A stretch of 13,388 bases of DNA from positions 1 through 13,388 of the forward strand of contig JBDQPD010000096.1 in the NCBI GenBank assembly GCA_040260805.1. The letters are read 5' to 3'. The first letter of the stretch is position 1; every line of letters starts with the position of its first letter. Shown here piece after piece: positions 1 through 6,978 of this stretch. The notes beneath the pieces were generated by a model that worked only from the letters and a program-made list of their open reading frames with translations, searched no databases and had not been told where the DNA came from. A program made the position numbers and the translations under genes. This stretch comes from Myxococcota bacterium (lineage in GTDB: Bacteria; Myxococcota; UBA4151).

Positions 1-1414
1 AGCCAAGCGCCGGGCGGGTACAATCGTTCCTGCAGCCGTCGTCTTCGCTGTTGTTGCCGTCATCGCAGATCTCACCATTATTGACGATTCCATCGCCGCA
101 ACGAGCCGTGACGCAGGCGTTGGAGCAGGCATCGAGATCTTCAAGGTTGCCGTCATCGCAGCCTTCGAAGCCTCGAAACACGAAGCCGTCTCCACAGCGG
201 GCCGCCAAACACAAGCCGGTGCAGGCGTCGGTGTTGCTCACGTTCCCATCGTCGCATGCCTCAAAGCCCGGATCGCCTTCGTTGAGATCTTGTCGTCGGA
301 ACCCGTCGCCGCAGCGCGCCTGCTCGCAATTCGGTGTGCACGCGTCGCGAGGGTCGGGGTTTCCATCATCACAAGCCTCGACGCCTGCGTGCAAATGCCC
401 ATCGCCGCAGCGCGCTAGCTGACACGTGGTCAGGCAGTCGTCCGTCTCAAGGTCGTTGCCATCGTCGCAGGCCTCAAAGCCCTCATATTGATAGCCGTCT
501 CCACAGCGCGCCTGCTGGCAGTCGTTGGTGCAGGCGTCGGTGTTGCTGATGTTAGCGTCATCACAAGCTTCGTAGCCTGGATCCAAGACATCGAGGTCGC
601 GCCGGGTGACGCCGTCTCCGCAGCGAGCGCTTTGACAGCGTGTCGTGCAGCCGTCGTCATCACGCGCATTGCCGTCGTCGCAAGCCTCTTCGCCCAGACG
701 CTGAAAGCCATCTCCGCAGGTCGCTAGAGCGCAGGTCGAGAGACAGTCGTCTCCGTTGTCTTGGTTGCCGTCATCGCACGCTTCGCCTTGCTGTAGCATG
801 CCATCTCCACAGCTCGTTGGGGTGCATTGATGGCAGTCATCGGTCGGGTCTTGGTTTCCGTCGTCGCAGCCTTCGCCAGGCCCTACAATGCCGTCGCCGC
901 AGATCGGCTCAGTACAGTCACTACGGCAGTTATCGTTGTCCGCCTCGTTCCCGTCATCACATGCCTCGTAGCCGTTCTCGCTCGGCAGCCGGTCGGTTCG
1001 CTGGATACCATCGCCGCAGTAGGCTTCGACGCAGCCGTTCGTGCAGCCATTTTCGTTGATCGAGTCGCCGTCGTCGCAAGCCTCGTAGTCGAGCTCACCG
1101 AGTTCGAGGTCTGTGCGCTGAAAGCCGTCTCCACATGAAGCCCTCGTGCAGTCACCCAAGCAGGCGTCATCATCGGTGGTGTTGCCGTCATCGCAGGCTT
1201 CTTCAAAGCCCTCATCCATCCGTCTGATCGCGTCGCCGCAGACCGCCTCGACGCAGCCCGCGGTGCAGCCGTCCGAGTTGTCGGTGTTTCCATCATCGCA
1301 GGTTTCATTCGCTTCGATCAGACCGTTTCCGCAGGTCGCGCCCGAGTTGCGAACGACCACCTGCTCACCGCAGGCGACAAGGATGAAAACAAGACTGAGT
1401 CGATGAGCGCGCAT
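1..1414 (-). CDS. Myxococcus-type cysteine-rich repeat (DUF4215-like) lipoprotein, 3'-truncated by the window edge (>=471 aa)
   Basis: Hand-translated from ATG (cat at 1412-1414) with upstream [62 protein letters not shown]... The frame stays open to the window start (...[33 protein letters not shown]). It has a lipobox LVAC and 13 repeats of CG[DN]x-x(7-15)-CDD[GA][ND]-x6-C-x(2-3)-C. It is absent from the ORF track because there is no stop codon in the window. Confidence 0.92.
   Translation of the reverse strand, partial: MRAHRLSLVFILVACGEQVVVRNSGATCGNGLIEANETCDDGNTDNSDGCTAGCVEAVCGDAIRRMDEGFEEACDDGNTTDDDACLGDCTRASCGDGFQRTDLELGELDYEACDDGDSINENGCTNGCVEAYCGDGIQRTDRLPSENGYEACDDGNEADNDNCRSDCTEPICGDGIVGPGEGCDDGNQDPTDDCHQCTPTSCGDGMLQQGEACDDGNQDNGDDCLSTCALATCGDGFQRLGEEACDDGNARDDDGCTTRCQSARCGDGVTRRDLDVLDPGYEACDDANISNTDACTNDCQQARCGDGYQYEGFEACDDGNDLETDDCLTTCQLARCGDGHLHAGVEACDDGNPDPRDACTPNCEQARCGDGFRRQDLNEGDPGFEACDDGNVSNTDACTGLCLAARCGDGFVFRGFEGCDDGNLEDLDACSNACVTARCGDGIVNNGEICDDGNNSEDDGCRNDCTRPALG
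20..1333 (-). repeat. Tandem array of 13 coding Cys-rich repeat units (~30-40 aa period)
   Basis: Recurrent plus-strand motifs such as gccgtcatcgca/gccgtcgtcgca and ccgtctccacag/ccgtctccgcag. An exact 21-bp duplicate ggtgcaggcgtcggtgttgct occurs at 218-238 and 527-547. Confidence 0.9.
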
Positions 1415-1515
1415 GGTACTCCCTTGCACGTGTATAGCCTAAAGCGTTGGCGGCCTCGAATTTGGCTGATTAGTGTTAGCGAAACAACCCCGAGCGATGG
1501 CGCGCCAGAACCCCT

Positions 1516-2049
1516 CTAGTCGTTAGGGTAGGCGGTTAGGATGTAGCATTTTTCATCGTTGAGCTTCTTCAGGACAACGGTCACTCGTTTGGCATCATCG
1601 CAGATATAGCCTCGATTTTTGCACGCTTTCCCCTTGGTTTGACTGGTCTCATTCTTTTCGGTCACCGAGAGACCCGCTGCTCGCTTTTGTTGAGGTTTGT
1701 GTTTGAAGGACTTTTTGCTGCCCTTCTTCGCTTTGCGGAACCAAGTTTGAATTTCTCGGGTGTTTTGAACGATGGTCGACTTAATGACGGTCTGCGCAAC
1801 CGCTAGGTTCCTAAAGGCGCTAGCGACGGGGGCCTTTGGACAGCCTTGGATCCCAGATTGCACGCGCTTGATCAGGTCAGATTCCTTGGGGTCGATGTGG
1901 CAGGTTTTCGTGTGCGCACCCTCAACCTTTTCGTTGTTGAGCAGCCAATTTTTACTGTTGGTATCGATGCAGAGCTTCGTCATAGAATAGCTCGTGCTTG
2001 GAACCAGAACACCCAAAACAAATAAGCTCAGCGCTACGGGTTTCAGCAT
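1516..2049 (-). CDS. Putative secreted RNase A-like domain protein (bacterial CdiA-CT RNase A / RNAse_A_bac-like), 177 aa
   Basis: SD AGGAG upstream of ATG and a Sec-type signal peptide (MLKPVALSLFVLGVLVPSTSYS). Motifs GAHTKTCH, LIKR, ASAFRNLAVAQTVI, QNTREIQTW and RVTVVLKK...YILTAYP parallel the recalled family pattern GGHT..RH / L..R / AS.F.....A / N...I..W / V.VVL...Y.LTAYP. Confidence 0.72.
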   Translation of the reverse strand: MLKPVALSLFVLGVLVPSTSYSMTKLCIDTNSKNWLLNNEKVEGAHTKTCHIDPKESDLIKRVQSGIQGCPKAPVASAFRNLAVAQTVIKSTIVQNTREIQTWFRKAKKGSKKSFKHKPQQKRAAGLSVTEKNETSQTKGKACKNRGYICDDAKRVTVVLKKLNDEKCYILTAYPND

Positions 2050-2072
2050 CGTAATTCTTCTCCTGTGGCTTT

Positions 2073-2102
2073 ATTACACTACCCTTGTTGATTCTTGGAC
2101 AA
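2073..2102 (-). promoter_or_regulatory. Possible sigma70-type promoter for the RNase-like gene
   Basis: On the minus strand, TTGTCC (2102-2097) - 18 nt - TGTAAT (2078-2073), just upstream of the SD. Confidence 0.3.
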
Positions 2103-2252
2103 CTCAAAACGCGCACGCGCAAAGTTTTTGGTGGTGAGCGGCCGTCGAATCAGCGCCAGCGAATCAATTTATAAGCAGTAAATCCCGTTAACCACTCCCC
2201 GGAATCGGCCTGAACTGTTAGCGGCTAGGCGCCGCTTGAGGCCGGGAGTACT

Positions 2253-4070
2253 ATGGGTCAGCGCCAATTGACTTCGTTGATGATGATCGCAGCCATCGGC
2301 TGCAGTGGCTCAAAGAACGAAACATCGTCGGTCGTGTCGAATGACTCGTTGGTCATTGGTATGGATCAAGAGCCGGACAGTTTATGGCCTGTGCTGAGTT
2401 CGATGATGGCCGGAACCGAGATCAAAGCCCATGTCGGTGTGAACCCAACAACGGGTATGACGGTGATCGATGATGAGTGGAACGTTCGTCCCAATCTCGC
2501 AGGTTACCGCCCCAGTCCCGGCGCTGAGTTTGTGGTCCCCAGCTTGAAAAATGGTGGAATGGAAGACCTCTGCGCTGCCTTTCCACCAGCGTCCGAAGGC
2601 CAACGCTGCGGAAAGCCTTTGCGGGATATGACCGGAAAGCCGGCTAAGGCCTTGATGGTGACCCATTGGGAGCTCAGAGCCGACGCAAAATGGAGCGATG
2701 GTAAACCGGTCACGATCGACGATGTGATCTTTGGTTATCAGTTCGTGATGTCCAAAGACCTGCCGGTTATTGACCGAACGATGGAAGAGAAGATCGCTTG
2801 GATGGGTCCTGTGCTCGAAGCCGACGGAACCCCCTCAAAGACGCGCTTCGACATCTATTGGAAAGAGCTCTACGCCTACAACCATGTCGGCGCCTTAACC
2901 GTCTTGCCCAAGCACATCTTGTATGAGCCCTTCACCTTCAATCCGGGGCGGCTCAAAGAGCATTGGTACGGTCGTAAACCGATCGGCTGGGGCCCCTGGA
3001 AAATCAAAGAATATCGCCGGGGTAGCCACATCATCTTGGTGCCGAATGAGCATTATTGGGGTTACAAAGACCGGAAGCCATACCTGCAGCGTCTGACCTA
3101 TCGCTTCATCCGCAACACCAACTCGCTCAAGGCAGCGCTTGAGGCGAACAGCCTTGATGCCACCTCAGAGACGGGTCTGAAACTCGATGACGTGGTGAAA
3201 CTCGAGAAGCGCTACAAAGATCGATGGGACTATCATTATCGGTCGGGGTTGGTGTGGGAGCATATCGACCTTCGGCTTGATACGGACGCCGAGCTGCATG
3301 GTGGGACGACCAATCCTTTAGAGGATGTGCGCGTGCGCCGAGCGCTCGTCTTGTCGGCTAATCGTCAACAGCTCGCTGACGCTTTGCTCGAGGGTAAGGT
3401 CAAGGTGGCCCACAGTTACTTACCGGCTTTGCATTACGCTTATCACGAAGGACAGCGAACTTACCCCTTTGACCCGCCAGCTGCCGAGAAGCTGCTCGAT
3501 GAAGCCGGCTGGAAAAAGGGCAGCGATGGGATTCGGGTTAAGGATGGAAAACGCCTGCACCTTGAGTTTGGAACCACCGCCGAAAATAAAATCCGCGAGC
3601 TGGTTCAGCAAGTGCTTCAGCAAGATTGGCAGCGGGTCGGTATTGAGGTCGAAATGAAGAACGAGCCTCCCTCGGTGTTCTTCGGACAAACCACGCACAA
3701 GCGTAAGTTCAAACATATGGCGATGTACGCTTGGTTACTCTCGCCCGTCGCGGCTGGTGACGGCCTGTGGCGAGGCGACATGATCCCGAGCAAAGAAAAC
3801 AACTGGCAGGGTCAAAACATGGCGGGTTTGCGGAACGATGAAATCACGCAGCTCACCATCGATGGGGAAAAAGAGATCGATATCGTCAAGCGAACCAAGA
3901 TCATCAAACGAGTTCAAGAGATCTACGCTGATCAGCTGCCAGCCATCCCGTTGTACTTCCGGGTCAACACTTCGGTGACCAGCAAGCGACTTAAGGGTTG
4001 GCGGCCGACAGGGACGCAGATTCCGATCTCTTGGAACAGCCAAGAGTGGCGCCTGGAGGGTGGCAAATGA
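2253..4070 (+). CDS. Peptide/nickel ABC transporter substrate-binding lipoprotein (SBP family 5, OppA/DppA-like)
   Basis: SD GGGAG and lipobox AIGC. Family-5 motifs: QEPDSL, LRADAKWSDGKPVTIDDVIF, PIGWGPWKI, DVRVRRAL, AEKLLDEAGW, LQQDWQRVGIEV, LPAIPLY. Confidence 0.93.
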   Translation: MGQRQLTSLMMIAAIGCSGSKNETSSVVSNDSLVIGMDQEPDSLWPVLSSMMAGTEIKAHVGVNPTTGMTVIDDEWNVRPNLAGYRPSPGAEFVVPSLKNGGMEDLCAAFPPASEGQRCGKPLRDMTGKPAKALMVTHWELRADAKWSDGKPVTIDDVIFGYQFVMSKDLPVIDRTMEEKIAWMGPVLEADGTPSKTRFDIYWKELYAYNHVGALTVLPKHILYEPFTFNPGRLKEHWYGRKPIGWGPWKIKEYRRGSHIILVPNEHYWGYKDRKPYLQRLTYRFIRNTNSLKAALEANSLDATSETGLKLDDVVKLEKRYKDRWDYHYRSGLVWEHIDLRLDTDAELHGGTTNPLEDVRVRRALVLSANRQQLADALLEGKVKVAHSYLPALHYAYHEGQRTYPFDPPAAEKLLDEAGWKKGSDGIRVKDGKRLHLEFGTTAENKIRELVQQVLQQDWQRVGIEVEMKNEPPSVFFGQTTHKRKFKHMAMYAWLLSPVAAGDGLWRGDMIPSKENNWQGQNMAGLRNDEITQLTIDGEKEIDIVKRTKIIKRVQEIYADQLPAIPLYFRVNTSVTSKRLKGWRPTGTQIPISWNSQEWRLEGGK

Positions 4071-5833
4071 TCTCCTTTTTAGTGCGTCGTACCCTCGCCG
4101 CTGTCTCGCTGGTTTTTGTTTTGAGCTTTGTGCTCTTTGCGCTGCTCCAAGCGATGCCTGGTTCGATGGAAGACATGCTGATGTCGGGTAATCCGAACAT
4201 TCGCCCAGAGGATGTTGCGCGGCTCAAGCGTCTGCGTGGCTTGGACCAGCCAGTTCATGTTCAATACGGTCGCTGGATGTGGGGTTATCACGACACCACG
4301 GGTGGCTTTGATGAGCTCACCACGGACGATGGAACGGTGCTCAAGGGTCGCATCGCCGATGAGGATGGAGCCTTGGCTGGCTTGCCCGGCTGGGCGGCTG
4401 AAGGTAGCTCGCTCGTGCTTGAGTCGGTTACCCAACCCGTCGACTTTGTGGTCGACGGAGGCGAACTCGAAACCTTTACGGGGGTCACTCGTTTGGTCCG
4501 GCGACAGGTCGATTTGGGGAAACCGCCCAAAGAAGCCGACTTCTTTGTCGCGTCGGTCGCTGATGACCAAGAGGTGATCCAGGGTCAAGAACTCGGCAAG
4601 CATCTGCGCATCACGCTCGAGACGCTTGAGAGCTTAGGCCTTGAGGTGGTGCGACCGCCGAGCGAGATCAACGATCTGCATCGCGACAAACTCGATCCGA
4701 CTGAGGCTGCTTTAGAGGCGGGCTCGAATCGGCCCGAGGGCGAGGCTGCTGCTGAGGTGAGCGCTCCCCCCGAAGAGGTGGGCGGGACGCCCGAGTGGGT
4801 CTTGGAGCTCAGCGCTGATGGGCAAGTGATCGGTAGCGTGAAATTGCGTCAAGGTGGACGAGCTAAACTCGAACCCAAAGCCCCGGCAGAAACCAAGGGG
4901 AAAACCGAGGCGCAAATCAACTTGATTGTCGAGCGTAACCGGGAGGCGATGCTGACCCTTTTAGCACGCCACGCGGAGCCTGTTGCGACGGTCAAAGCGC
5001 CCATGGTTGGTTACGCATCCTTTGACAGCCCGCGCCCCTTCGAGGTCGTCGCTTGGCGAAGCATTGGGATGATGCGAGCAGGCGCTTGGAAGGGCGGCTT
5101 GTTGTCCGGGAATTTAGGGTGGTCGCTCAAGCAAGAAAAGGTCAGCACGCTGATTCAAGAGCGCATCGTGAACACCTTGCGGTTGATGGGTCCGGCGCTG
5201 TTCTTATCGATCTTGATCGCGTTGCCTTTGGGTATGGCTGCTGCGGTGCGTCAGTACTCGCTGCTCGACCACTCGGTGAACTTAGCAGCTTTTGTCGGAA
5301 TCTCTCTGCCGGTTCACTGGTTTGGGTTGATGTTAATTCATATCTTTGCGGTCTGGTTAGCCTTGTTCCCGGTCTCTGGATTGCAAACACCTGGACTCGA
5401 GTCTTTCGGCGATAAAGTGTGGCACACGATCTTACCGGTGACGGTGTTGAGTATCGCTTATGTGGGGCGCTGGCTTCGTTACATGCGTGCGTCGATGCTC
5501 GAGGTGATCAAACAAGATTATATTCGAACAGCGCGAGCCAAAGGGGTACCGGAGACTCGCGTGATTTTTGTCCACGCGTTTCGCAACGCCTTGATCCCCG
5601 TGGTGACCATTTTAGCGCTCTCGGTGCCGGTGCTGTTTGGCGGGGCGCTGATCACCGAAACCATCTTTAGTTGGCCAGGTATGGGCTCGCTGATTTACGA
5701 AGCGATCATCGGGTCGGATTATTACGTCGCCATTATTGGCTTCTTGATCTCGGCATCCTTGGTGATGGTGGGGAACCTCTTAGCCGATTTGATGTACGCG
5801 ATCATTGATCCGCGCGTCCGGGTGGGGGAGTAA
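4067..5833 (+). CDS. Peptide/nickel ABC transporter permease, OppB/DppB-like, with large periplasmic insertion (588 aa)
   Basis: ATG at 4067 overlaps the upstream TGA (ATGA) and has SD GGAGG. N-terminal FLVRR...MPG...GLDQPVHVQYGRW, then GNLGWS, EAA loop SMLEVIKQDYIRTARAKG, HAFRNALIP, ETIFSWPGMG and ADLMYAIIDPRVR. Confidence 0.93.
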   Translation: MISFLVRRTLAAVSLVFVLSFVLFALLQAMPGSMEDMLMSGNPNIRPEDVARLKRLRGLDQPVHVQYGRWMWGYHDTTGGFDELTTDDGTVLKGRIADEDGALAGLPGWAAEGSSLVLESVTQPVDFVVDGGELETFTGVTRLVRRQVDLGKPPKEADFFVASVADDQEVIQGQELGKHLRITLETLESLGLEVVRPPSEINDLHRDKLDPTEAALEAGSNRPEGEAAAEVSAPPEEVGGTPEWVLELSADGQVIGSVKLRQGGRAKLEPKAPAETKGKTEAQINLIVERNREAMLTLLARHAEPVATVKAPMVGYASFDSPRPFEVVAWRSIGMMRAGAWKGGLLSGNLGWSLKQEKVSTLIQERIVNTLRLMGPALFLSILIALPLGMAAAVRQYSLLDHSVNLAAFVGISLPVHWFGLMLIHIFAVWLALFPVSGLQTPGLESFGDKVWHTILPVTVLSIAYVGRWLRYMRASMLEVIKQDYIRTARAKGVPETRVIFVHAFRNALIPVVTILALSVPVLFGGALITETIFSWPGMGSLIYEAIIGSDYYVAIIGFLISASLVMVGNLLADLMYAIIDPRVRVGE

Positions 5834-5836
5834 ATC

Positions 5837-6970
5837 ATGAGTCAAAATACCCTCAATATGTCACAGACCGAGACCAAGGGCGCTACGCCTGAGTTCGAGA
5901 CCTTCTATCAACTGGTTTGGCGTCGCTTTCGTAAGCATCGCTTGGCGGTATGGTCCTCCATCGGCCTCATCGTTTTGCTTGGCTTCGCCTATGGGATTCC
6001 GTTCCTTGCGCCCTTCTTTGGCGCCGATCCTGACACGATCGATCTGTACAATCGCTACGGCGGGATGAGCTTAGATCACCCCTTTGGGACCGACGAGCTT
6101 GGTAGAGATGTGTTCTTGCGCCTGATGTACGGTGGAAGGATCTCACTGACGGTCGGTTTGATCTCGGCGGTAGCAGCCGCTGTGATCGGCACCACGATTG
6201 GCGTGATCGCTGGCTATTTTGGTGGCTTGGTCGACGCGATCTTAATGCGCTTTACCGACGCCATGTTGAGTATCCCGGTGTTGCCTTTGATGATCGTCTT
6301 TGCTGCTTTGGATCTACAAAAGATCGCCAGCGCAGGCGGCACCTGGGCGGCGGTTGGAGTGATCTGCGCTGTCTTGTTTGTGATCGTCTCAGCGGGTGTC
6401 TTCTTTGCGGATCGGCGTTCAGGCGTCGTGAGCATTTATGGGACGGGCTTGTTGGCTGCGGCTGGCTTTGGTTTGCCCCTGTCTGGCTTGCTGCTGATGC
6501 TGCAAAGTGACGCACTCGGGACCGGCACCATGGTCTCCGTGGTCCAGCTGATCATCATTGTGGTGTTCTTCTCGTGGATGACCGTGGCGCGTCTGGTGCG
6601 CGCCGCCGCCTTGCAGATCAAGGAGCTCGACTTTGTCGCGGCGTCGCAGGCTTTTGGTGGAAAACATCGTCACGTCATCACCCAGCACATTATCCCGAAC
6701 GCTATGGCACCCATCATTGTGGCGGCGACGCTCGAGGTGGGCTCCGTGATTTTGTATGAGTCGGTGCTCTCGTTCCTCGGCCTTGGTGTGAAGCCGCCGA
6801 CTGCGTCGTGGGGCAATATGTTGCGCAACGCGCTCGATTATCTTCAGGATTCGCCTTTGCTCGCCTTTTGGCCTGGCTTGTTCATTTTGATCGCAGTGGT
6901 GTGCTTTAACTTCTTTGGTGACGGTTTGCGTGATGCGCTTGATCCGCACCACGTCAATCGTAACGACTAG
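5837..6970 (+). CDS. Peptide/nickel ABC transporter permease, OppC/DppC-like
   Basis: WRRFRKHRLA, HPFGTDELGRDVFLRLMYGGRISL, ARLVR...DFVAASQAFG, HIIPN, LSFLGLG..PPTASWG, FNFFGDGLRDALDP. Confidence 0.95.
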   Translation: MSQNTLNMSQTETKGATPEFETFYQLVWRRFRKHRLAVWSSIGLIVLLGFAYGIPFLAPFFGADPDTIDLYNRYGGMSLDHPFGTDELGRDVFLRLMYGGRISLTVGLISAVAAAVIGTTIGVIAGYFGGLVDAILMRFTDAMLSIPVLPLMIVFAALDLQKIASAGGTWAAVGVICAVLFVIVSAGVFFADRRSGVVSIYGTGLLAAAGFGLPLSGLLLMLQSDALGTGTMVSVVQLIIIVVFFSWMTVARLVRAAALQIKELDFVAASQAFGGKHRHVITQHIIPNAMAPIIVAATLEVGSVILYESVLSFLGLGVKPPTASWGNMLRNALDYLQDSPLLAFWPGLFILIAVVCFNFFGDGLRDALDPHHVNRND

Positions 6971-6978
6971 GAACCATT

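Noticed and set aside
20..1333. Periodic ~100-bp repeats as a possible CRISPR array
   Set aside because: The repeats vary at third codon positions, keep the reading frame and encode protein; no cas genes are present.
51..1406. ORF-track entries at 51-422, 334-549, 430-711, 488-727, 640-1059, 827-1138, 883-1308 and 1146-1406
   Set aside because: They are antisense or off-frame shadows of the Cys-repeat gene; their recurring PSSQ/SPQR motifs are the reverse complement of CDDG/CGD codons.
1772..1990. 72-aa antisense ORF as an immunity gene for the RNase-like protein
   Set aside because: It lies entirely within the gene on the opposite strand, with no SD or recognisable features.
1412..2255. 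Near-identical start contexts GGGAGTACCATG (minus, 1423-1412) and GGGAGTACTATG (plus, 2244-2255) as inverted repeats of an invertible or mobile segment
   Set aside because: The match is only 11 of 12 nt and is largely explained by SD plus ATG; no recombinase is nearby.
3998..4066. Upstream TTG start for the OppB-like permease (611 aa)
   Set aside because: It would overlap the SBP gene by 73 nt. ATG 4067 has an SD, an ATGA coupling and the canonical N-terminus.
4286..5098. Intein or mobile element as the source of the permease insertion
   Set aside because: No N-terminal Cys/Ser with a terminal His-Asn followed by Cys/Ser/Thr, no LAGLIDADG or transposase motifs, and no terminal repeats.
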